Source: a virus (lineage: Duplodnaviria; Heunggongvirae; Uroviricota; Caudoviricetes). Taken from it: 64,000 nucleotides of DNA. The position numbers and the translations under genes are program-made. Below, piece by piece: positions 19,871-27,981 of this stretch (positions are counted from its first letter, which is position 1; every line of letters starts with the position of its first letter). Where the stretch lies: IMG/VR virus record IMGVR_UViG_3300035659_000001, one strand, 5' to 3'. The notes beneath the pieces were generated by a model. The model was not told the DNA's origin. It saw only the letters and a program-made list of their open reading frames with translations, and did no database searches.

Positions 19871-21508
19871 ATGTCATTTTATGTTAATTTTTCAATGGAT
19901 TATAATCCTTCATTTCAAGCTGATGATCCGTCTCAACCCATGGGATGGTATGACTTCATAAATGCATCGGCTAATACATATTACTGTCGAGGTTCTAAAG
20001 ATGATGCAGCTCAAATCCTTTATTTAGCTGATAAACATTTAAAACCATGGAGTTTGAGTGTATACGGACCGTGGAGATTTAATGTTCAAGCTTTAACGGG
20101 TACTACATCATCTTTGTCAAATAGCTGGTCATTATCAGGAGGCATTGTGTCTGCTAATAATATAATTATTCAAGGAGCAGGTGCAGTAAGAACTTATAAT
20201 TTTTATAATGTACATTTTATATTGTCAAACGCTTTAACTATTAGTAGTATATTTGGTAATGCTGTCAATATTTATTTAAAAGGTTCAATTTTAAGATGTG
20301 ACACAATTAATGTTGATGGATCCACATCAACATCTATTCTTGATGGTCTAAATTTTAGAGATAGCATTGTCATTGTTAATTCTAATACTAATAAAGGAAA
20401 TGAATTTACAAATTCTGTGTTTAATAGACCATTGTCAGCATGGAATAATGCTTCTTTTATAACTGTTTGTCAATTTAATTTTATACCACCGTCTTGGCCA
20501 ATGTGGAACGCTATAAAAGATGCATGGAAATATTCAGATCTTGGTATGAATATTTCAATAACTGCTACTGGTGACTTTGCAGGATATGAACAAGGATTAT
20601 TCGGAAATCTTAGATCTACAATAGCTGGTATTGGAGCATTTTTCATTGATGTTGACAATTATAGATTATTATTAGTGCAAAAAGTTAATAGACATGTAGT
20701 TAAACGACTAGACTCAAATATAGCGCCTGCAATTTTTGATGGTCAATATTATGGAATCTATAAAGAATCTGGTAGATTGAAATATCCTCAAGGTGTTGCC
20801 ACTGATGGTACAAAGATATTTCTTTGTGATTATAAAAATAATCAAATTATTTGTTTTGATAAAGAATTAAATTACGTTTATAATTATTCAATGTCTGTCA
20901 GTGATGGTCGACCATATTTAGTTTGCTATTATCAAGGTAGCTTATACGTTTTAAGAGTGATTGCTAATTTTTGGAATATGAAACTTGAAAAATTGCAAAT
21001 TTTTGATGATAGACTTGAAAGCAAAAAGTTAAGCGGTTTATTAGGAAAAATGAAAAATGGGTTAATGCCCACAGGATTATGCAAGGGTTTTTCTAGTTCT
21101 GAATTTTATGTGTCAGGCATTGGTGATGACATATTTAAAACAATTGAAACTATTAATGCATTTACTTCACTTTCACAACAGTATATTACAGGAACTATAC
21201 CTGTAAGATACGTTGGTATTGTCAAACATTCAAATGGATATATTTATTTAAATAATGGTCAACAAATTGTAAAAATTGATACACATTTTGAAAACATTGG
21301 TGATTCAAATTTCATATCTAAAACTATAACTGGATTAAAAGAAGTTGAAAAACAGACTTTGATAACATATAATGCTGACAGCCAGTCAGTACTAAGATAT
21401 AGTGCAGACATGAACTTTATTGAACAAGTGTTTAAGGGCTTGGCTGATGATATTGCTAATGATGCGTATGATGTAGTTGATTTCGTTGAAATAAATCTTG
21501 CAGTATAA
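19871..21508 (+). CDS. beta-solenoid-like N-terminus plus NHL propeller (paralog 5)
   Basis: LKYPQGVATDGTKIFLCDYKNNQI; C-terminal DAYDVVDFVEI shared with the paralogs. Confidence 0.75.
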   Translation: MSFYVNFSMDYNPSFQADDPSQPMGWYDFINASANTYYCRGSKDDAAQILYLADKHLKPWSLSVYGPWRFNVQALTGTTSSLSNSWSLSGGIVSANNIIIQGAGAVRTYNFYNVHFILSNALTISSIFGNAVNIYLKGSILRCDTINVDGSTSTSILDGLNFRDSIVIVNSNTNKGNEFTNSVFNRPLSAWNNASFITVCQFNFIPPSWPMWNAIKDAWKYSDLGMNISITATGDFAGYEQGLFGNLRSTIAGIGAFFIDVDNYRLLLVQKVNRHVVKRLDSNIAPAIFDGQYYGIYKESGRLKYPQGVATDGTKIFLCDYKNNQIICFDKELNYVYNYSMSVSDGRPYLVCYYQGSLYVLRVIANFWNMKLEKLQIFDDRLESKKLSGLLGKMKNGLMPTGLCKGFSSSEFYVSGIGDDIFKTIETINAFTSLSQQYITGTIPVRYVGIVKHSNGYIYLNNGQQIVKIDTHFENIGDSNFISKTITGLKEVEKQTLITYNADSQSVLRYSADMNFIEQVFKGLADDIANDAYDVVDFVEINLAV

Positions 21509-21516
21509 TTGAAAAT

Positions 21517-21548
21517 GCTGTAGTTTGCTAAAATACAGCTATTTTTTT
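21517..21548 (+). terminator. intrinsic terminator
   Basis: GCTGTA...TACAGC followed by T7. Confidence 0.65.
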
Positions 21549-21612
21549 GTGAAAATGATGAAATAAAGAGTAAACAATAAATAAATACTTTACTTTTTAA
21601 AAGGGATAAAAT

Positions 21613-22149
21613 ATGTTTTTAATAGTTGAGGGCGTTCATAATACTGGTAAATCTACGTTAGTTAAATCATTGTCAAACTTTAATGAGTTTTCATGTAGAA
21701 GAATGTTTACAGAGTTGTTAAATTCAAGAAATAATCAAGTTAGTGATTTTGCTTTAGGTACTAATATGACAATTGTTTGGTTTGCAGATTTATGTTCTGA
21801 CAGTTTAGATATTATTTTTGACAGATGTCATGTGTCTGAGTATGCTTATAGTCTAGCGATTAGAAATGTTGATGACAAAATTGCAAGAAATGCTTTTTTA
21901 ACAGTAGACGCAAAATTAGCGCAATGTGATACCAAAATGGTATATCTAACATGTAGTTATGATACTATTGTTGCTCGATTAAAAGACAAAAATAAAGTAT
22001 ATAGTGAAGAAGATTATCATAAGTTAAATCATTATTTTGATATTGCAATATCAGAGACTTTGATACCTAAAATTATAATTAATACTGATATATTAAAAGA
22101 GCAAGATGTATTAGAAGCAGTTGAACAATTTATTTATTATGAGCAGTGA
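21613..22149 (+). CDS. thymidylate/deoxynucleoside-monophosphate kinase family protein
   Basis: P-loop EGVHNTGKST and IIFDR motif. Confidence 0.8.
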   Translation: MFLIVEGVHNTGKSTLVKSLSNFNEFSCRRMFTELLNSRNNQVSDFALGTNMTIVWFADLCSDSLDIIFDRCHVSEYAYSLAIRNVDDKIARNAFLTVDAKLAQCDTKMVYLTCSYDTIVARLKDKNKVYSEEDYHKLNHYFDIAISETLIPKIIINTDILKEQDVLEAVEQFIYYEQ

Positions 22150-22156
22150 GGTAATA

Positions 22157-23221
22157 ATGAGTTTGAGTGCTGAACAAAAATTGAGGAATTTTGCATATAA
22201 AATAAAGACTAGAGATTGCGCGTCTTTAATGACATTGCAAATTGATCTTACAGATTTTTGTGTTTGTAAATGTCAAGGATGTGAGCATTGGAAATGGCCA
22301 GTTAAAACAAAGTTAAACTATGATATTCTTGAAAACAATGTATTTCCTTATTTAAAAAACTTTGACACTTTACAATCTATAGTATTTTCTGGTGGTGAGC
22401 CGTTATTGCATCCTGAAGTTGAAACTATTATTGAAAGAATAAGACGAGATTTTAATCTAGATATAGGTATAATAACATCTGGGTTAGGCAAAGTTAATCT
22501 AAATTGGAAACTATTATCACAAAATTGTAATTGGATCAGATTTTCTTCTGATGGTTTTACAAAGAAAAATTATTATGCTACAAGGGGCGTAGATTTGTTT
22601 GATAAATGGTCAGATAATCTAAAAACCTTATTGCTAGAGAATAAAAATACTAATTGTAAAACAAGAATCAATGTGACTATACATGATTATAATATAAATA
22701 CATTTGCAGACGGTCTATTTGATGCTTTGTATAATTTAAACGTTGAAATTCATTTTTGGTTATCTAGAGAGTTGATTGATAAAATTAGAAAACATGTCGT
22801 AGATAAAGAAGAAGAAATAATAAGCACAAAACTCATTGAAATTGAAAGATCAGGATTAAGTATTAATATTGACAATGTTATTAGACATGTTAATCACACA
22901 CACAATGATTTTAAATATACTTCATGTTTTATTCCAAAGATTTTCGGTTTAATAGCAGCTGACGGAAATGTATTTCCTTGTTGTTATACATACGAGCCTG
23001 TTTTTACTATAGACAAACAACAAACAGCTTTCGTTATAGGAAACATAAATGAGCAAAGTTTAAAAGAGATATATGAAAGTAAGAGGTTTTTTGATATATC
23101 TAGCAAATTTTTAAGTTGTAACAAGAAATATTCACAATGTAAATATTGTGATAGATTTGATCATATCAATAAGTATTTGAATGATTATAATATTAACTTT
23201 CATGAATCAATTTTTATTTAA
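22157..23221 (+). CDS. radical SAM/SPASM-domain protein
   Basis: CVCKCQGC (CxxxCxxC), FSGGEPLLHP, ADGNVFPCC, IGNI, CKYC. Confidence 0.9.
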   Translation: MSLSAEQKLRNFAYKIKTRDCASLMTLQIDLTDFCVCKCQGCEHWKWPVKTKLNYDILENNVFPYLKNFDTLQSIVFSGGEPLLHPEVETIIERIRRDFNLDIGIITSGLGKVNLNWKLLSQNCNWIRFSSDGFTKKNYYATRGVDLFDKWSDNLKTLLLENKNTNCKTRINVTIHDYNINTFADGLFDALYNLNVEIHFWLSRELIDKIRKHVVDKEEEIISTKLIEIERSGLSINIDNVIRHVNHTHNDFKYTSCFIPKIFGLIAADGNVFPCCYTYEPVFTIDKQQTAFVIGNINEQSLKEIYESKRFFDISSKFLSCNKKYSQCKYCDRFDHINKYLNDYNINFHESIFI

Positions 23222-23258
23222 AAAATAATTAATTTTTTAATTTAACAGGTTCGTACAT

Positions 23259-23490
23259 GTCGACTGCTAATTTTTAGTTTAAATGGTGACATTTAATGAA
23301 AAAGTCGATTAGAGAGCATGAAAATGCAGCAGTTACAATTAAAGTTAAACAACATACCTACAAATGCTTCACTAGTTTGTAGCTCTATAAGTTTTGATTT
23401 AAACAAAGATGTAAGTCTTAGTGATCAAGACAAAGTACTGGATTGTAACAATCTCGAAGTGAATCAACGCTTACATACAAGCGGTCTTAA
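23259..23490 (+). ncRNA. omegaRNA (HEARO-like) scaffold
   Basis: Paired elements GTCGACT/AGTCGAT, TTAAATG/CATTTAA, AGAGC/GCTCT, CTACAAA/TTTGTAG, GTTACAAT/ATTGTAAC, loop TTCACT with AGTGAA (pseudoknot) and CGCTT/AAGCG, directly 5' of the PLMP codons. Confidence 0.8.
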
Positions 23491-24600
23491 AGACATTGTG
23501 TATGTATTAAATGTAAATGCGCAACCATTAATGCCGTGTAGTTGTGCAAAAGCTAGAAAATTATTAAAAAAAAGGAGAGCTAATGTCGTTAAAAATTATC
23601 CTTTTACAATTAGATTAACTTTTAATTGTGAAAATGTGGTTCAAGATGTCATGTTAGGCATAGATAGTGGATTTAAGTATATTGGTTATTCAGCAATTAC
23701 TAAAACAAAAGAATTAATTTCTGGAACATTGACATTAGATTGTCAAACGATTAGTAGATTAGCAAATCGCAGAATGTATCGAAGAAATAGAAGAGATAGA
23801 TTGTGGTATAGAAAGTCTAGATTTAATAATAGAAAATCTAGTAAAAAAGGTTGGTTGTCGCCGTCAATTAAAAGAAAGTATAATACTCATGTTAATTTGA
23901 TTAATAAATTAAAAAAACTCTTACCTATTAAAGAAGTTATTATAGAAGTTGCAAAATTTAACAGTAATATTAAGTCGTCAAAATTAATTGATAATAGTAA
24001 ATGTCAATTGTGCCATAAAAATTTTAGTAATACTAATCACGTTAATGAACATCACATTATTACTAGACTGTATGGAACTAATAGAAAAGCTAATATAGCT
24101 TATGTACATGAATCTTGTCACAAAAAAATTCATAAAAACAAAATGTTAGATATGTTCGAGAAAGATAAAATTTATAGACAGTCTGCTTTTATGAACATTA
24201 TTAGTAAAAGATTTTTAGAAGATGGTTATAAGACTATTTTTGGATTTGACACTTTTAATAAAAGACAAGTTTATAATTTAGAAAAGACTCATACTGATGA
24301 TGCCTTTATTATAGCAGGAGGAGATAATCAAGAAAGAGCAATTAATAAAAATGTAGTTCAAAAACATAGAAATAATAGAATATTACAGTTAAATAGAAAA
24401 GGTTTTAAACGTTCAATACGACGTCAAAGGTTCAAAATACAACCCAAAGATTTGATATGGATAAACAACAAGAAATATATTTCAAAAGGGTGCTTTGGAA
24501 AACGCAAACGGGTGACATATAATGATGAAAATGGTAAAAGTTGTCAACAATACATAGATAGAATTGACAAATATTATAATTTTGGAAGTTTAATTTTTCT
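23259..24600 (+). mobile_element. non-autonomous IS200/IS605-superfamily IscB (OMEGA) element
   Basis: omegaRNA-like leader plus iscB, no tnpA in the window; ends inferred. Confidence 0.75.
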
Positions 24601-24604
24601 ATGA
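23318..24604 (+). CDS. iscB: RNA-guided endonuclease IscB (conserved part begins at GTG 23498)
   Basis: PLMP domain, RuvC-I LGIDSG, Arg-rich bridge helix RRMYRRNRR, RuvC-II IIEVAKF, CQLC + HNH (EHHII..GTNRKANI..CHKKIH), RuvC-III HTDDA. Confidence 0.93.
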   Translation: MKMQQLQLKLNNIPTNASLVCSSISFDLNKDVSLSDQDKVLDCNNLEVNQRLHTSGLKDIVYVLNVNAQPLMPCSCAKARKLLKKRRANVVKNYPFTIRLTFNCENVVQDVMLGIDSGFKYIGYSAITKTKELISGTLTLDCQTISRLANRRMYRRNRRDRLWYRKSRFNNRKSSKKGWLSPSIKRKYNTHVNLINKLKKLLPIKEVIIEVAKFNSNIKSSKLIDNSKCQLCHKNFSNTNHVNEHHIITRLYGTNRKANIAYVHESCHKKIHKNKMLDMFEKDKIYRQSAFMNIISKRFLEDGYKTIFGFDTFNKRQVYNLEKTHTDDAFIIAGGDNQERAINKNVVQKHRNNRILQLNRKGFKRSIRRQRFKIQPKDLIWINNKKYISKGCFGKRKRVTYNDENGKSCQQYIDRIDKYYNFGSLIFL

Positions 24605-25212
24605 AGTATTCATTATTACAAAGAAAAATTCATGAATTAGAAAGTCAAATTTTTAATTGTAATAAGTGTCAAGAATTGTATAACTTAAGAATTAAAAAGA
24701 TTCACAATTGTCCAGTATTAGGATTTGATTTCAATCATTATGTTAATGCTAAAGTGTGCTCTGTTTGTGAAGCGCCAGGCGTTTATAAACCACATAAAGG
24801 CGAAGTTTATATTGACAAATTAGATGATTTTCACAAGATGTACGACAATAGAATTCAATATGTTGCTTTAATTGGACAAAGATTGTTTGAAATTTTTAAA
24901 GGAGTCAATTTACATTGGTGTGATGTACAGCATTTTAATGTAGTTTGTTGTAGTCCGCCAGATTATAGAAAACCAACTTTTGATGAAACAGACAATTGCA
25001 AAGAATATTTACTTCAACGAATAAAGTTATTGCAAAAGGTAAAAGTAATTATAGCTTTTGGGACTGTGGCAAAAAATGTGATAAAACGTTTTAACTTAGA
25101 CATTCCAATTATATTTTCATATCATCCAAGTTATATATTTACATATATGAACGACTCATCAAGAATGCATTATATTGGTGAAATGATTAAACAAATTAAA
25201 AAATATGAATGA
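24601..25212 (+). CDS. uracil-DNA glycosylase superfamily, family-4-like
   Basis: CNKC, EAPG, NVVCCSPPDYRKP, NCKEYL, FGTVA, YHPSY. Confidence 0.85.
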   Translation: MKYSLLQRKIHELESQIFNCNKCQELYNLRIKKIHNCPVLGFDFNHYVNAKVCSVCEAPGVYKPHKGEVYIDKLDDFHKMYDNRIQYVALIGQRLFEIFKGVNLHWCDVQHFNVVCCSPPDYRKPTFDETDNCKEYLLQRIKLLQKVKVIIAFGTVAKNVIKRFNLDIPIIFSYHPSYIFTYMNDSSRMHYIGEMIKQIKKYE

Positions 25213-25426
25213 AAACATAATTCAATTAATTAGTGGCATAGCTATAATTGTAGATGATGTAGAATTTAAACGCGCTATATGTAGATATAAAAGTTTTTTT
25301 AATTTTAGCAATTTTTTAGTTATAAAAGATACAAGAGATCATATTTTTTTTATAAGAAAAGAAAACATTTTATTGTTTGAGAATTGTAATGGCCAAAAAA
25401 TCAAAAAACAAGCAACCATACTATAG
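25205..25426 (+). CDS. hypothetical protein
   Basis: Overlapping operonic ORF. Confidence 0.5.
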   Translation: MNENIIQLISGIAIIVDDVEFKRAICRYKSFFNFSNFLVIKDTRDHIFFIRKENILLFENCNGQKIKKQATIL

Positions 25427-25787
25427 AGAGAAAATATTAGCTCAGTTTGATGAAGTTAATGTTCAATTAAAGACAAAGTTTGCTGTAAAAAACATTAACT
25501 ATATTACAGACAACGGTGTTATTCGTTATGGCTGGGCTATTACTAATGAATTAGCAATTGATGAAGCAATTCATTTATTACAAGTGCAAGAGGCACCGAT
25601 TTATATATTAGGACCCTATGCAGGCGCAGTTATAAAATGGAATGTGATTAAGGTTAATTTGATTGGTTATTTGTATAAAGAAGGTAAACAGATTGATGAA
25701 TTTAGAACTGACAAATTTGAAGAAGTTAAGTCAAAAATAAATGAATGGTATAAAGTCGTAGTCAAAGGAGAGAAACATGATTTATGA
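25389..25787 (+). CDS. hypothetical protein
   Basis: Operonic ORF; ATG at 25389. Confidence 0.6.
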   Translation: MAKKSKNKQPYYREKILAQFDEVNVQLKTKFAVKNINYITDNGVIRYGWAITNELAIDEAIHLLQVQEAPIYILGPYAGAVIKWNVIKVNLIGYLYKEGKQIDEFRTDKFEEVKSKINEWYKVVVKGEKHDL

Positions 25788-26037
25788 ATATGAGTGTAAT
25801 AATTGTAGCAATATACAAGATGAAGTGCACGGAATGGAAGAAAATCCCATTATTAAGTGTCAAGATTGCGGTGAAGCAATGACAAGAATTATTAGTGGCG
25901 GATCAGGAGTAATATTTAAAGGCGGAGATTGGCCAACCGCTGATGCAAAAATGAAAAAGTCTATGGAGCAAAAAAATGTCAAACAGAAACGCAGAACAGA
26001 GCATGTCAAACCTATTCAAAGATTATCTGACTTATAA
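25777..26037 (+). CDS. FmdB-family zinc-ribbon protein
   Basis: MIYEYECNNC...CQDCG..MTRIISGG..FKGGDW; AAGGAG RBS. Confidence 0.85.
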   Translation: MIYEYECNNCSNIQDEVHGMEENPIIKCQDCGEAMTRIISGGSGVIFKGGDWPTADAKMKKSMEQKNVKQKRRTEHVKPIQRLSDL

Positions 26038-26204
26038 TGACAATTTTAATTATTATTACGAGCTTATGTCTAGTATGTATTATAATTTGCTTGTTACTTG
26101 TTATCAATTTAAATAAATTAGTAGTTCAAGTTTGCGAAAATAATACTAAATTGTATGAAGCTATTAGCGACGTGATAGATTTAATTGATGGTTCGGAGAA
26201 TTAA
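26037..26204 (+). CDS. 55-aa membrane-anchored protein (not in the ORF track)
   Basis: MTILIIITSLCLVCIIICLLLVINL...; TAATG overlaps with both neighbours. Confidence 0.65.
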   Translation: MTILIIITSLCLVCIIICLLLVINLNKLVVQVCENNTKLYEAISDVIDLIDGSEN

Positions 26205-27844
26205 TGAAAAAATATGATGAAAATTCGATTCAAGTTCTAGATGAACGATCTCATGTAAGATTAAGACCTGCAATGTATATTGGTGACACTGGTATTTTTG
26301 GATTGCATCATTTAGTATATGAAGTTGTTGACAATAGTATTGATGAAATTACAAATGGCTATGGTGATAAAATCACATGTATTATTCACAAAGATGGATT
26401 TGTTACTATTGAAGATAATGGTCGAGGAATACCGGTTGGAACACATTCACAAACTGGAAAAGCTGCAGCTGAGACTGTCTTAACATCATTACATTCTGGT
26501 GGCAAATTTGATTCTATAAGTTATAAAACATCATCAGGTTTACACGGAATAGGTGTGTCTGCTGTTAATTTTTTATCAGAACAATTAGATTTGACAATTT
26601 ATAAAGAGGGTTATACTTGGCGTCAAACATATAAAAAAGGCATAACAGCTACAGAATTTTCAAAAGGTGATGAAACTGACAAAACTGGTACTATTGTTAA
26701 GTTTAAGCCTGATCATTTAATATTTCAAACTGTTGAGTTTCAATATAAAATATTATATAATAGATTAAAAGAACTAGCTTATTTGAACAAGGGTGTAAGA
26801 ATAAATTTAATTGATGAAAAGACTTCGGAACAAATTGAATTTTATTCAGACGGCGGAATAAAAGCTTTTGTTGATGATTTGAATAAAGACAAAGAAGTTT
26901 TATGTACTGGAATTTATTTCAATGATACAGTTACAGTTAAAAATCAAGTTAGTAATCAACAATATGATGTTATTATTGAAGCTGCCTTTCAATATAATAA
27001 GACATACACTGACGTAATTTATTCTTTTGCAAATAATGTAAATACTCGTGACGGTGGGACTCATTTATCTGGATTTAAGTCTGCATTATTGGATGCAATT
27101 GTAAAATATGCAGAAAAGAAAAAACTATTTAAAGGTTTAGATATTAGACCCACGCCAAGAGATATATTAGAAGGTTTGACTGCTATAATTTCAATTAAAT
27201 TACCGAATCCAGAATTTGAAGGTCAAACAAAATCTACATTGGGTAATCCAGAAATAAAAGAAATTGTTTATGATTTTGTTTTAGAGTCAATAACTAAATT
27301 ATTTGATAATGACGATGGTCTCGCGTTAACAATTGCTGAAAAAATATCACAAGCATGCATTGCTCGTGAAGAAGCTAGAAAAGCAAGAGAAACTGTTAGA
27401 AGAAAAAACATATTATCATCCTTGTCATTGCCCGGAAAATTAGCAGATTGTTCAAGTAAAAATGCTGATATTTGTGAGCTTTTTGTGGTTGAGGGTGACT
27501 GCTTTAAAGCAGATACATTAGTATATACTGCTGATGGATTAAAAAAAATAGTTGATATTAAAAAAGGTGACATGATTTATACACACATGCACAGATATAG
27601 ACCAGCAATGGAGAGAAAGCCTAAAATTAAAAGAAAGAAATGTAGGATAACTATTCAAGGAAAAACATTTGTTTGTTCACAAGATCATCTTTGGGGAGTA
27701 TTAAGAGCAAATAGTAATGTATGTGAATGGGTTCCTGCCCGTGAGTTAAAGACAACAGATTTATTGATTAAGACTGTATTGCCCGGTGATGAATATTGCA
27801 AAGTTGTTGACATTTTAGATTTTATTAAAGGTAGGAGAAGTTAA
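26204..27844 (+). CDS. gyrB: DNA gyrase subunit B, N-terminal fragment (GHKL ATPase + transducer) fused to split-intein N half
   Basis: RPAMYIG, EVVDNSIDE, DNGRGIP, LHSGGKF, GLHGIGVS, FEGQTK, LPGKLADC, VEGD, then CFKADT intein block A. Confidence 0.95.
   Translation: MKKYDENSIQVLDERSHVRLRPAMYIGDTGIFGLHHLVYEVVDNSIDEITNGYGDKITCIIHKDGFVTIEDNGRGIPVGTHSQTGKAAAETVLTSLHSGGKFDSISYKTSSGLHGIGVSAVNFLSEQLDLTIYKEGYTWRQTYKKGITATEFSKGDETDKTGTIVKFKPDHLIFQTVEFQYKILYNRLKELAYLNKGVRINLIDEKTSEQIEFYSDGGIKAFVDDLNKDKEVLCTGIYFNDTVTVKNQVSNQQYDVIIEAAFQYNKTYTDVIYSFANNVNTRDGGTHLSGFKSALLDAIVKYAEKKKLFKGLDIRPTPRDILEGLTAIISIKLPNPEFEGQTKSTLGNPEIKEIVYDFVLESITKLFDNDDGLALTIAEKISQACIAREEARKARETVRRKNILSSLSLPGKLADCSSKNADICELFVVEGDCFKADTLVYTADGLKKIVDIKKGDMIYTHMHRYRPAMERKPKIKRKKCRITIQGKTFVCSQDHLWGVLRANSNVCEWVPARELKTTDLLIKTVLPGDEYCKVVDILDFIKGRRS
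27500..27841 (+). other. split intein, N-terminal half (IntN, 114 aa)
   Basis: Cys1 block A CFKADTLVYTADGLKKIVDIKKGD; block B CSQDHLW; EWVPARELKTTDLL; then stop. Confidence 0.9.
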
Positions 27845-27981
27845 TGAACATCTTAGCTATAAACTATACTTATTGTCATCCTGAAAAAATTGAGTTGTTT
27901 GAAGATGATGAACAACTTCATGATATTGATGTTGAAGAAGATCATTCTTTTTTAATTGAAGGTGGCTTTGTTGTTCATAAT
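27844..27981 (+). other. split intein, C-terminal half (IntC, 46 aa)
   Basis: Block F LHDIDVEEDHSF, block G FVVHN followed by +1 Ser of SAGGSAK. Confidence 0.9.

Noticed and set aside
8460-21508. Diversity-generating retroelement acting on the paralogous propellers
   Set aside because: No reverse transcriptase and no near-identical TR/VR pair with adenine-specific mismatches seen; paralogs are diverged throughout.
27832-27846. gyrB as a frameshifted pseudogene or programmed frameshift
   Set aside because: The break falls at the canonical intein split position, with a TAATG overlap, a dedicated RBS, no slippery heptamer, an in-frame TAG 12 nt upstream of the second start, and complementary charges. 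Read confirmation is still advisable.
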